Shown here: positions 28,866-37,451 of the stretch, piece by piece
Layout: each line of letters starts with the position of its first letter
Position numbering within the stretch: the stretch's first letter is position 1
NCBI GenBank assembly: GCA_041483895.1
Contig: JBGPGO010000008.1
Span: forward strand, 96,001 to 160,000
Length of the DNA stretch: 64,000 bases
Source of the DNA: Fimbriimonadia bacterium
GTDB taxonomy: Bacteria > Armatimonadota > Fimbriimonadia > Fimbriimonadales > JABRVX01
Direction of reading: 5' to 3'
Program-made: the position numbers and the translations under genes
The notes under the pieces: generated by a model
Databases searched by the model: none
The model's input: the letters and a program-made list of their open reading frames with translations, nothing else
Told to the model about the DNA's origin: nothing

Positions 28866-30617
28866 TTACCCGCCATCAATGGGCTCCGGCGTGACTGTGA
28901 TTTCGATCTTGGCCTTCGCCCTTTCGATCAAAACCTTGACCGGCGTTCCGGCGGATGACTTCAAAAAGCCCTCCACGATGCTCTGCATGTCCTGAATCGT
29001 CACGTCGCCCCATTTCAAGATCACGTCGCCCTCTTTCAATCCCGCCTTCTCCGCCGGGCTGCCGGGACTCACGCCGCTCAGCAATACCCCCGGCCCGTCG
29101 AACGAATAGTCGGGTATGAGGCCGACGCGAATCTTGATGCCCCCGCGACCCGATCCGGTGGCAGGCGGAGTGGTCGTGTCGGGCTTGTCAAAAGTCATCC
29201 CTTGCGTCACCTTCTGGAAGGGGACCTTCTGATCGAGAGCGTCGATCTTTTGCACCATGCGATCGACCATGTGGAGAACGGATACTTCGCCGGGATAGTT
29301 GATTTTGTCCCAGTCATCCGTATAGGCGTGATAGTCCTTATGCAGATTGGTGAAAAAGAATACGACGGGAATCCCGCTGTTGTAAAAGCCTGTGTGATCG
29401 CTCGGTCCCGCGCCGGCGGCGACCTTGCTGATCTTCAGATTGTCGGTATTGACTTCATCGATCCATTTGGACCATATCTGAGATGAACCGACGCCTTCAA
29501 TCGACAGCTTGTTATCCGTCATGCGTCCAACCATGTCCATGTTGACCATCGCGGTCACTTTTTGCAGATCGACCGTTGGATTGTGGACGAAATAGTTGGA
29601 GCCAATGAGCCCCTCTTCTTCTCCGCCAAAACAGATAAAAAGCATGCCGCGCTTGTTCGTGTGCTTCGCTGAATAATATTGTGCCATTTCCATGACGGCC
29701 GCGCTGCCGGAGGCGTTGTCATCCGCGCCGTTATGGATGTAGACGGTCCCGTCCACCGCCCCGACCTGGCCGTATCCGAGATGATCGAGATGGCCGCCGA
29801 GGACGATCATCTGATCCTTATAGGCAGGATCGTTGCCGGGAAGAAAGCCGATCACATTCTTGGACTTGCCGCGATTCGGCTCCATCTGGGTGATAAACCG
29901 CACGCGGGAATTGGCGAACAGAAAAGATTGCGGCTTGCCGGTGGAATTGAGCGACGCGAACAGATCCATGATCTTTTTTCCGCCGAGAAGCCGCTCTGCC
30001 GCGGTCCGAGTGATGAGAATCACGGGAACGTCGGCGGCCTTAAATCGGAGCAGCATCGGCGCCAATATCTCGCCTTGCGCGCCGGCTGAAACAAGAATGA
30101 CTCCTGTCGCGCCCGCATCGGTGGCGGCATGCATGCGTTCGCTTAAGGCGGGACCGCCTTCGGGCTTTTCAACCAGCATCATCACAACTTTGCCGGAGGG
30201 ATCAGCACCGACGTAATCGTCCTTGATGCCAAAACCGACGAATGCCAACTGGCCGCGGCCCCAACGGTCGTGCCTGCTGCCCGGTACTGGTGCGTAGTCC
30301 ACGCCTCGGACAAAATCCAAAGACTTCTCGCTGATATCGACAACCAGCATGTTGTTCTTGCCGTAGCTCGATCCCGCGGTCATCTCGAACGGTTGGAAAT
30401 ACCCGTTGGTACCAAGCGGTTGCAGTCCATATTTCTTGAACTCGCTCGCCACGTAGGCGGCGGCTTTTTCGAATCCCGGGCTGACCGCCAATCGGCCCTC
30501 GAGCTCGTCGGAGGCAAGGTATTTGATATGGCGCTCGATATCGGCCGCCTTGATCTCCTGCCCGGCAACGGCGCCGCCGGAAAGAACTGCAAGGAAAATC
30601 CATAGAATTCGTTTCAT
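28866..30617 (-). CDS. M28 family aminopeptidase with PA and PDZ domains
   Basis: LASDELEGR, GHLDHLG, NGADDNASG, GEEEGLIGS, NMDMVGR, SDH, YH; PDZ GSPAEKAGLKEGDVI. Confidence 0.93.
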   Translation of the reverse strand: MKRILWIFLAVLSGGAVAGQEIKAADIERHIKYLASDELEGRLAVSPGFEKAAAYVASEFKKYGLQPLGTNGYFQPFEMTAGSSYGKNNMLVVDISEKSLDFVRGVDYAPVPGSRHDRWGRGQLAFVGFGIKDDYVGADPSGKVVMMLVEKPEGGPALSERMHAATDAGATGVILVSAGAQGEILAPMLLRFKAADVPVILITRTAAERLLGGKKIMDLFASLNSTGKPQSFLFANSRVRFITQMEPNRGKSKNVIGFLPGNDPAYKDQMIVLGGHLDHLGYGQVGAVDGTVYIHNGADDNASGSAAVMEMAQYYSAKHTNKRGMLFICFGGEEEGLIGSNYFVHNPTVDLQKVTAMVNMDMVGRMTDNKLSIEGVGSSQIWSKWIDEVNTDNLKISKVAAGAGPSDHTGFYNSGIPVVFFFTNLHKDYHAYTDDWDKINYPGEVSVLHMVDRMVQKIDALDQKVPFQKVTQGMTFDKPDTTTPPATGSGRGGIKIRVGLIPDYSFDGPGVLLSGVSPGSPAEKAGLKEGDVILKWGDVTIQDMQSIVEGFLKSSAGTPVKVLIERAKAKIEITVTPEPIDGG

Positions 30618-30627
30618 TTTTCCTCCC

Positions 30628-31662
30628 TTAGGGAACCCAGTCGGCGATGAATACATCCGTCTCCCCAGGCCTCAAATGCGCCCGATTGCTGCAGAATACG
30701 ATCTTCTTGCCATTTGGCGAGAACATCGGGAAGCCGTCGAATTCCTTCGTATACGTGATCCGCTCGAATCCTATACCGTCCACGTTGATCATGTGGACGT
30801 CGAACTCGCGTCCTTTGGCGTCGGGATAGTTCGATGAAAACACAATGTGCTTGCCGTCCGAATGCATGTACGGAGCGAAGGAGGCACAACCCAGATGCGT
30901 GATCTGCCGCTTGTGCGATCCATCCGCGTTCATGATCCAGATCTCCAGCGGCCCAGGGCGGTACAGATTCTGCGCGAGATTCTTCTTGTAATCCTGGAGC
31001 TCGGCGTCGCTGGAAAACGCCGACCGCCGGTAGACGATCTGCTTGCCATTCGGGGTCCAGAACGGTCCGCCGTCGTAGCCGGGTTCGTTGGTGAGACGTT
31101 TCAGGCGCTTTCCGTTTAGGTCCATGGTATAGATGTCGAGGTCGCCGTCCTTCGCGCTTGTGAAGGCGACGACGCCTTTCCTGTTGATCGTGGATTCGGC
31201 CGTGTAGTTTCCGAAATGGGTGAGCTGTTTCAGATCGGTCCCATCGGGTTTCGCGGTGAAAATCTCATACGTCTTGTACATGTTCCAGACGTAGCCTTTG
31301 GAATAGTCGGGAGGCGGCGGAGCGGCCGGGTCAGCCCAATGGGTGCTGGAGAAAAGGACGCGCTTGCCATTGGGAAAGTAGTAGCCGCAGGTGCATTTTC
31401 CCATTCCCGTGGAAACCAGCTGTCTCCCCGTCCCGTCCGGGTTTATCGAATAGATCTGGTCGGCGCCGTCGGGGGAATCGCTGGATTGATAGATCAGCTT
31501 CTTGCCGTCGAAGCTCCAATAGCATTCGGCGTTTTCGCCTTTGAAGGTTAGCTGCTTTACGTTCTTGAGATGGCGTTCCTGTGGGTCCCGAAGTGGGTGC
31601 GTGCTGTCGGTAGGCTGTTGCGGCAGGGCCAGAAAAAGGCTGAAAAGGAGTAGTCCGCGCAT
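30628..31662 (-). CDS. TolB-like PD40 beta-propeller protein
   Basis: GENAECYWSFDGK, YDGGPFWTPNGK, FDGFPMFSPNGK, FIADWVP. Confidence 0.88.
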   Translation of the reverse strand: MRGLLLFSLFLALPQQPTDSTHPLRDPQERHLKNVKQLTFKGENAECYWSFDGKKLIYQSSDSPDGADQIYSINPDGTGRQLVSTGMGKCTCGYYFPNGKRVLFSSTHWADPAAPPPPDYSKGYVWNMYKTYEIFTAKPDGTDLKQLTHFGNYTAESTINRKGVVAFTSAKDGDLDIYTMDLNGKRLKRLTNEPGYDGGPFWTPNGKQIVYRRSAFSSDAELQDYKKNLAQNLYRPGPLEIWIMNADGSHKRQITHLGCASFAPYMHSDGKHIVFSSNYPDAKGREFDVHMINVDGIGFERITYTKEFDGFPMFSPNGKKIVFCSNRAHLRPGETDVFIADWVP

Positions 31663-31716
31663 AATGATGGAATTCTACCCACCCCGCAAAACGTAATAGC
31701 GTTACGAGGAGGCACA

Positions 31717-32031
31717 GTGCGTATCGAGGAATTGCGGGAAAGGGTGCTTGCGGAATTCGGACCGGACCTCAGCCGGGCGACCCCGGCATCTGTGACTGAG
31801 TTTCTGACTCGCCTGGAAGCGGAAGAGGGCGGGGAAAACGGGTGTCTGGAAATGGGAGGGTATGCGGGCGGTTACGACCGAATCATTCGGACTTTTCTGG
31901 GCCGGATGCTGGCTGCCCATCCGGACGATTCTGTGGTTCCCCTTTGGAAGTTTTGTCTTCAACTTGCGTTTTCAATGGAGGAACAACACGAAGCCGCGCG
32001 CCTGGAACCTCTTTTTGGTGATCCTCTGTAG
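31717..32031 (+). CDS. Hypothetical protein
   Basis: GGAGG SD before GTG; protein-like composition; overlaps anti-sigma 3' end by 149 bp. Confidence 0.55.
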   Translation: MRIEELRERVLAEFGPDLSRATPASVTEFLTRLEAEEGGENGCLEMGGYAGGYDRIIRTFLGRMLAAHPDDSVVPLWKFCLQLAFSMEEQHEAARLEPLFGDPL

Positions 32032-32500
32032 GATTCGTTACGGAGTCGACCGGTACCGCCTCCTTTTTTGGAACATCCAAGATATTCGCGCCGTCGGTAT
32101 TGGCCGGCGTTCCGATGTATTCCACGGTTCTTTCAGTCGCCTGCGCCGCAGGTGTTCCCACATAGCTTGTATCCAAAATTGGCCGTATGCCGACGGCCCA
32201 TGCGACCACGAAAACCATGCACGCGGCGACTCCCGCCATAGCAACACGGAACGGCTGCCCGAGCGGTCTCGCGATGTCGACCGGCTTGGGCAGTTCGGCG
32301 GCAATTCGTTCCCAAATCTGTTTGGGCGGTTCGGGCGGACGCCATTCCATCAGCAGCATGCCGACGTCGGCCAACGCCTTGAGCTCCGCGCCGCATTCCG
32401 GACAGGTCCGTACGTGGTCGCGGATGTCATCCGCTTTTGCAGATTCCAAATTGTCTTCGATAAAGTCGGCCAAGTAAGGCCGGGTATCAGTGCATCCCAC
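31883..32500 (-). CDS. Zinc-binding (zf-HC2) transmembrane anti-sigma factor
   Basis: HVRTCPEC motif, one TM, overlaps ECF sigma stop; GTG start after GGAGG. Confidence 0.85.
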   Translation of the reverse strand: MGCTDTRPYLADFIEDNLESAKADDIRDHVRTCPECGAELKALADVGMLLMEWRPPEPPKQIWERIAAELPKPVDIARPLGQPFRVAMAGVAACMVFVVAWAVGIRPILDTSYVGTPAAQATERTVEYIGTPANTDGANILDVPKKEAVPVDSVTNPTEDHQKEVPGARLRVVPPLKTQVEDKTSKGEPQNRPDGQPASGPEKSE

Positions 32501-33083
32501 TTTTTCCCTCCACAATCGGCGCAAGGGCCGTTCGCAACGCATCCCTGGCCCGCGCCAGCCGCGACTTGACGGTACCGACCGGCACGTCCAACGCCGTGGC
32601 CACTTCCTCCACGCTCATTCCCTCGAAGTGGTGGAGAGCCACAACCATTCGATGGGCCGGCTTCAGGTTCGCGACCGCATCGACCACGGCTTCCTGTGTT
32701 TCCTGCCGGATCACCGCCCGCTCCGGATCGTCCTGCGGCGACACGATGTCGCGCGGCGCATTTGGGTTTGTGCCTTCCAGGGGCTCGTAGGCAATCAGCT
32801 TGCCGTGCCGCAGAAAGTCAATCCCCAGGTTCGTTGCCGTCGCGCGGAGCCAGCCGTAAACCGCCTGGTCGGCCCGCAGAGACCCAATCCGCCGAAAGGC
32901 GCGCAAAAATACCTCTTGAGCCAATTCGGCGGCATCGTCCGTGTTGCCGACCATGCCGAACAGCAGGGCATAGACTCGCCCGCTGTATCGCCGGTACAGT
33001 TCTTCGAACGCCGCCGGATCGCCCCGTTGGGCTCGGAGTACGAGATCCGCATCCGTCAATCGGGTCAGATTGCGTCGAAACAT
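32487..33083 (-). CDS. ECF sigma-70 factor
   Basis: GDPAAFEELYRRY, DAAELAQEVFLRAF, PVGTVKSRLARAR. Confidence 0.95.
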   Translation of the reverse strand: MFRRNLTRLTDADLVLRAQRGDPAAFEELYRRYSGRVYALLFGMVGNTDDAAELAQEVFLRAFRRIGSLRADQAVYGWLRATATNLGIDFLRHGKLIAYEPLEGTNPNAPRDIVSPQDDPERAVIRQETQEAVVDAVANLKPAHRMVVALHHFEGMSVEEVATALDVPVGTVKSRLARARDALRTALAPIVEGKSGMH

Positions 33084-33109
33084 CTATCGCGATAGCCTTC
33101 TACCGATAA

Positions 33110-33135
33110 GGACGGCTTTCCGGGCAGTTGGTTCC
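33110..33135 (-). promoter_or_regulatory. Candidate ECF autoregulatory promoter
   Basis: GGAACC-N15-CGTCC upstream of the sigma ATG. Confidence 0.45.
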
Positions 33136-33193
33136 CTGGCCACGCCAAAGTCAATTGCCGCCAGGATGGCAGCGTTACGGGTGATTCTGCGAT

Positions 33194-33252
33194 GTGTCGG
33201 GGTCCACGTCCGGCAATATCTTAGGTCCACCGACCACCAAAGACCCCGACAC
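33194..33252 (-). repeat. 58-59 bp hairpin element, copy 3
   Basis: gtgtcggggtc-N37-gaccccgacac. Confidence 0.85.
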
Positions 33253-33362
33253 GATATTATTACTCGCGCGGACAAGAGCCTGGGGCTACTGGGGAGGGAA
33301 TCGGGTAGATTCTAGCGGTTGCCGCGCGAATTTGCCGGGGTGCGGCGGGATGGAGCAGGGAT

Positions 33363-33734
33363 TTGGAGTTTCCGAACTGGTGGCTGTACATAACCGGGAT
33401 CTTCTGTGGTGTGGGGATATTTACATGGATTGTCCTTCTGGTTTTGATGCTGCGAATGCAGATCGCTATCACTGACCTTAAGACCAAAATCGATGAGATT
33501 GCGATCAGCGTAAAGTCGGCCGCCCAGAAGGTTGAAGGTACGGCAACGATGGTCCGGAACAAGTCCGAGACGATGCTGTCCGTGGTCGGAGAAGCGGTTC
33601 TGACGGTCGCGACCCGCCTCACCATGCTATCTACCATCCTCGGTTTCGTCGTCGCCGCGGCCAAAGCGAAGCATCAGCTCTCCGAATTGGCGGACAAAAA
33701 GAAGTCAGGCAAAGCGAAATCCGAACCCTCATAG
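33363..33734 (+). CDS. Hypothetical membrane/coiled-coil protein
   Basis: N-terminal TM, coiled-coil middle, basic tail. Confidence 0.65.
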   Translation: MEFPNWWLYITGIFCGVGIFTWIVLLVLMLRMQIAITDLKTKIDEIAISVKSAAQKVEGTATMVRNKSETMLSVVGEAVLTVATRLTMLSTILGFVVAAAKAKHQLSELADKKKSGKAKSEPS

Positions 33735-33912
33735 TGCATTGTCAAAGAGCTTGGTCCGGGAATACGCCGTCCTCCGGCCAGAAAACGGCGTATCCCGGTT
33801 GTGGGTGAAACCTCTCCGCACCTGAGTCTCCCAGCGACATAAACCGGCGCGGTAACCCCATTTGTGACAAGACTCTGCGATTTTTTTTACTTTTTTTCGC
33901 TAAGATCGACCC

Positions 33913-35922
33913 GTGCCGATTCTTTTTGCCCTCGCCGTCGCCCTGTTCTCCTCCTCCGCAGGGCATCCGTTTGCCGCTCGCTGGTGGCCCGGCGGATCGC
34001 GGGGCGAGCGGGTGGCGCTGGCGTCCGGGCTGGCGCTTGGCGTGGCCGCATATCTGATTTTCTTCTTCGGATGGTCCGGTCAATTGCGACTCGGTCTCAT
34101 CGTGGCGGGCGGTCTGCTTCTGCTATTTGGCGTTGCCGGCATTAAGTCAATGTGGGAGGATTGGCGACCCGCGTTACGTGTTCCCAGTCTGGTGTGGCTC
34201 GTTGTATTCGGCGCGTTCCTCCTTTTGGCAGTCGTAGCGGCCTTGGCGCCCCCGACCGCGTTGGAGTGGGACAGCCTCGCCTACCATCTGGCCCTGCCGA
34301 AAATCTGGCTTGTCCAAAACCGTGTGGTCACGATGCCCTACGATCATCACAGCTACTTCCCGCAGCTCATGGAGATGCTGTTCACGGGCGGGCTGGCGGC
34401 GGGCGGCTTTGGCGCGGCGAAGCTGATGCACACGTGGATCAGCATCCTTGCCGTCCTGGCTGCGGGCGGATTTGTTTCGCGCGTCATTGGCTCGCGGGCC
34501 GGGTTGTGGGCGGCGTTGTCGGTGGCCTGCTGCCCTATGGCGTGCTGGGAGGCGGGGACCGCATACATCGACATGGCGACGGCGCTCTACACAGTCCTCG
34601 CGCTGTTGCTGCTCCATGGGATGCGTGACAATGGGCGCCTCATTTGGCTCGCGGCGGTGTGCGCCGGTCTGACCGCGGCGACCAAGTATACGGGCCTGCT
34701 CACGATTGGTTTGCTGTCGGCCACCTCCCTCGTTTGGCTGCATGGTAGTGCCCTGGTCTTTGGTGTGGGCAAACGGAAACAATCGGCAGACGAGGACCAG
34801 GGCACATCACGGCAACGTGGCCGTGCCCTGGTCTTTGGTGGGGGCAAACGGAAACAATCGGTAGACGTGGACCAAGGCACATCACGGGCATCTTTTTTTT
34901 CAAAGCTCGCCTGGAAGCCGGCGGTATTGCTCTTCATGGTGGGCTTGGCGGTTGCTTCTCCTTGGTACATCCGCACCACGATCGACACCGGAAACCCCGT
35001 CTATCCGTTCGCGTACAGCATCTTCAAAGGGAGATATTGGAGCGCGCGAAATGCGGAGATATATCGAGCCGAACAGGTCAGCTTTGGGGTCGGAAAAAAG
35101 CCGTGGGAACTGCCGCGCGTTCCGTGGGACCTGACGACGCGTCCGGAGGCATACTTCAATCAGGGCGGTCTGATCGGCGCGCTCGGCCTGCCGCTTATCC
35201 TGTGCGCCTTCCTCCTCGCAGCAGTACTGCCTAAACCCCCTGGATATTGGTACGTCCTCGGCTTCGTGGGGCTGAACTTGGTCGCTTGGTATTGGATGAG
35301 TCAGCAGGCCCGGTACATCTTGGCGCTGGCGCCGGCGCTTGCCGTCTTCGCCGGTTCAGCAGCGGGCTCGACGGTGAAACCGGTTCGGCTCTCGGCCATT
35401 TTCGCCATCGCGGCGCAAGCGGCGTTTGTCCTGTTTTTCTTCGGCATGAATTTGACGCAAACGGAAGCAAGATTTCTGCTTGGCGCCAATTCGATGAAAT
35501 CGATTCCGCAATATCAGATGGCGCGGGCTGTCAACACGCTGCCAAATGAGTCGAGAATCGCTCTCTACGACGAGGTGATGGGCTATTATCTCGACCGCCG
35601 GTATTTCTGGGCGAATCCCGGGCACAGCACCGTCATTCCGTATCAAAGGTTGAGCACTCCGGAGGGCCTGCTTCGTACTCTTAAGTTGCAAGGTTTTACG
35701 CATGTGCTGGTCAACTTGGCCGCCTTGCCGCCCGACTTGCTGAACACTTGGCGACCGATGCTGGATGCCGAAGTTTCCTGGACGGGAGACCTGGCTGCCG
35801 GAACAGAGGCCTGGCGCAGGCAGTTGGCATGGGGCGTGCAGCACGGATACCTGGCTAGAGAAGGGGTCGATCCCGGCCCAAGATATAGGCTGTACCGGAT
35901 CACCCTCCCCTCCGATCGGTAG
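33913..35922 (+). CDS. GT-C fold (ArnT/PMT-like) membrane glycosyltransferase
   Basis: WDSLAYHLALPK, AYIDMA, ATKYTG, PWYIR..DTGNPVYPF, QQARY. Confidence 0.85.
   Translation: MPILFALAVALFSSSAGHPFAARWWPGGSRGERVALASGLALGVAAYLIFFFGWSGQLRLGLIVAGGLLLLFGVAGIKSMWEDWRPALRVPSLVWLVVFGAFLLLAVVAALAPPTALEWDSLAYHLALPKIWLVQNRVVTMPYDHHSYFPQLMEMLFTGGLAAGGFGAAKLMHTWISILAVLAAGGFVSRVIGSRAGLWAALSVACCPMACWEAGTAYIDMATALYTVLALLLLHGMRDNGRLIWLAAVCAGLTAATKYTGLLTIGLLSATSLVWLHGSALVFGVGKRKQSADEDQGTSRQRGRALVFGGGKRKQSVDVDQGTSRASFFSKLAWKPAVLLFMVGLAVASPWYIRTTIDTGNPVYPFAYSIFKGRYWSARNAEIYRAEQVSFGVGKKPWELPRVPWDLTTRPEAYFNQGGLIGALGLPLILCAFLLAAVLPKPPGYWYVLGFVGLNLVAWYWMSQQARYILALAPALAVFAGSAAGSTVKPVRLSAIFAIAAQAAFVLFFFGMNLTQTEARFLLGANSMKSIPQYQMARAVNTLPNESRIALYDEVMGYYLDRRYFWANPGHSTVIPYQRLSTPEGLLRTLKLQGFTHVLVNLAALPPDLLNTWRPMLDAEVSWTGDLAAGTEAWRRQLAWGVQHGYLAREGVDPGPRYRLYRITLPSDR
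34748..34887 (+). repeat. Tandem pair of 58-bp hairpin elements (copies 4 and 5), 75-bp period, in frame within the CDS
   Basis: gtgccctggtc-N36-gaccagggcac (34748-34805) and gtgccctggtc-N36-gaccaaggcac (34823-34880); encodes ALVFG.GKRKQS.D.DQGTSR twice. Confidence 0.9.
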
Positions 35923-35930
35923 CTCGCCGC

Positions 35931-36053
35931 TAGCCGCATGCTTTAGCTTGCGCAGTCCGTGTCGGGGTCTTGAGTTGGCGACGGGCCAAAGATATCGTTA
36001 AACGTGAACCCCGACACAGCGAGGGAAATCTCGCAAGCCAAAGCATGCGGCTA
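35931..36053. repeat. GTAG-type REP doublet enclosing hairpin element copy 6 (35959-36017)
   Basis: Arms 35931-35952 and 36032-36053 are 21/22 complementary; inner gtgtcggggtc-N37-aaccccgacac. Confidence 0.85.
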
Positions 36054-36106
36054 CCGGGGCGGGCCGGGGAGACGGGCGGACGATTTGGTATACTGGTGGC
36101 TTCCAA

Positions 36107-36182
36107 GGCGCCGTACCCAAGTGGCTAAGGGAAGGGTCTGCAAAACCCTCATTCAGCGGTTCGATTCCGCTCGGCGCCTCCA
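36107..36182 (+). tRNA. tRNA-Cys(GCA)
   Basis: Acceptor stem ggcgccg/cggcgcc, anticodon arm agggt-ctGCAaa-accct, GGTTCGATTCC, U discriminator, encoded CCA; TGgTATACT upstream (36086-36094). Confidence 0.96.
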
Positions 36183-36204
36183 ACTTGACTAGAGGAGGAA
36201 AGCC

Positions 36205-36960
36205 ATTCCTGGTATCACCCGGAAAACCGAATCGCCCCCAATCGGATACCTCGGCCCAGGCGCCCTCCCACCGCTCGTTGTCCAATGCGACGATTTTGAT
36301 GGCCCTCTCGAGAAGCTGATTCACCTGGTCCGCGAATGCCGTGTAGAGCTCGCCGGCATCCCCCTCGCCCCGATTTGCGAAGATTACATCGCGTATTTGC
36401 GCGAGACGGCCTGCGGTGAGATCGATTCCGCCGCCGCCTGCATGTTCGGGCTGGCGTACCTCGTCGAGCGCAAGGCATGGGGAATGATGCCGGGGGAAGA
36501 TGCGCCGGATGACCCGGTCGAACTGGACGCAATTGTCCCCGAGACAGCGCTGTTTTCCACCGCCGTGGATCAACTGGCTTTGTGGAAAGAGGAGCGCGAT
36601 TCGATGTTCTTCCGGCAGCAGGCCAAATGGGATGGCCAATACGAGCTGCCCTTCGATTTGTCGAAACTGTCGCTTCAGCAGTTGGCGACCGCCTTCCGAA
36701 AGGTGCTGGAGCGCGCCAAACCCGACGAGTTTGAACACGTCCCGGGGCGGCCGCTGATCTCGATGACGGACATGATCAGGAGGCTGGGAGCCTTCTTGGT
36801 CGGGACTGCGACAACACGATTTGACGATCTGCTGCCGGAAGAATTCACGAGGCTGGACGTGGTTTGGACCTTCCTTGCCATACTGGAGATGGTCCGGCTG
36901 GCAATCTGCTTTGTCACCATCAAGGAGGAAACGATCTGGATACAGAACGCAGCGAACTAG
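36205..36960 (+). CDS. scpA: Segregation/condensation protein A (kleisin), proposed ATT start
   Basis: Conserved N-terminus FDGPLEKLIHLV..IPLAPICEDY lies upstream of the first TTG (36397); C-terminal VVWTFLAILEMVR; AGGAGG-6 nt-ATT. Confidence 0.88.
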   Translation: MPGITRKTESPPIGYLGPGALPPLVVQCDDFDGPLEKLIHLVRECRVELAGIPLAPICEDYIAYLRETACGEIDSAAACMFGLAYLVERKAWGMMPGEDAPDDPVELDAIVPETALFSTAVDQLALWKEERDSMFFRQQAKWDGQYELPFDLSKLSLQQLATAFRKVLERAKPDEFEHVPGRPLISMTDMIRRLGAFLVGTATTRFDDLLPEEFTRLDVVWTFLAILEMVRLAICFVTIKEETIWIQNAAN

Positions 36961-37451
36961 TCGATCGGCTGGAGTGTCTGCTGTTTGTCGCGGGCGAGCC
37001 TGTACCGCTCAAGGCTCTCGCGGAGACGTGCGAGGCGCCGGAGGAGGCCGTGGCCGAATGCCTGCGGCTGCTCACGGATTGCAAGGGGCGCGAAGGCGGT
37101 CTGCAGATTGTGGAGATTGCCGGAGGATTCCAGCTTTCAACAAAGCAGCAACATGGCGACCTGATCACCCGGTTCCTGAATCCCCGAAAGCGGCGGCTGT
37201 CCCGCTCAATTCTGGAAACGCTCGCCATCATCGCCTATCGGCAGCCGATCACGATCGCCGAAATCGAAGCCGCGCGCGGAGTCAATTCGGATTATTCCGT
37301 CCGGACGTTGTCCGACCTGAACCTGATCGAGCACGTCGGCCGGAAAGAGACGGTCGGGAGGCCGATGCTGTACGGCACGACCGTGGATTTCTTGCACCAG
37401 TTCAATCTGCGATCGCTCGAGGAGCTGCCGCCGCTCGAGGTCGTTCAGTGA
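36936..37451 (+). CDS. scpB: Segregation/condensation protein B, proposed CTG start
   Basis: LECLLFVAGEP, LETLAIIAYRQPIT, RGVNS, GRPMLYGTT..FL..FNL; AAGGAGG-7 nt-CTG. Confidence 0.93.
   Translation: MDTERSELVDRLECLLFVAGEPVPLKALAETCEAPEEAVAECLRLLTDCKGREGGLQIVEIAGGFQLSTKQQHGDLITRFLNPRKRRLSRSILETLAIIAYRQPITIAEIEAARGVNSDYSVRTLSDLNLIEHVGRKETVGRPMLYGTTVDFLHQFNLRSLEELPPLEVVQ

Noticed and set aside
33756..33798. Long hairpin as a riboswitch or sRNA
   Set aside because: Single stem after a stop codon with no recognisable aptamer; probably a 3'-end structure
7438..36017. 59-bp elements as integron attC sites
   Set aside because: No RYYYAAC/GTTRRRY cores, no cassette arrangement, no integrase in the window
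35931..36053. 6S or SRP RNA
   Set aside because: No SRP core motif; arms match REP copies at 9015-9107 and the core matches the hairpin family
36107..36182. tRNA as an island integration site
   Set aside because: No integrase, no duplicated tRNA 3' end noticed, and housekeeping genes follow
36821..37447. Long N-terminal extension of the DD-carboxypeptidase (593-aa ORF)
   Set aside because: Overlaps scpA/scpB out of frame; signal peptide starts at GTG 37448
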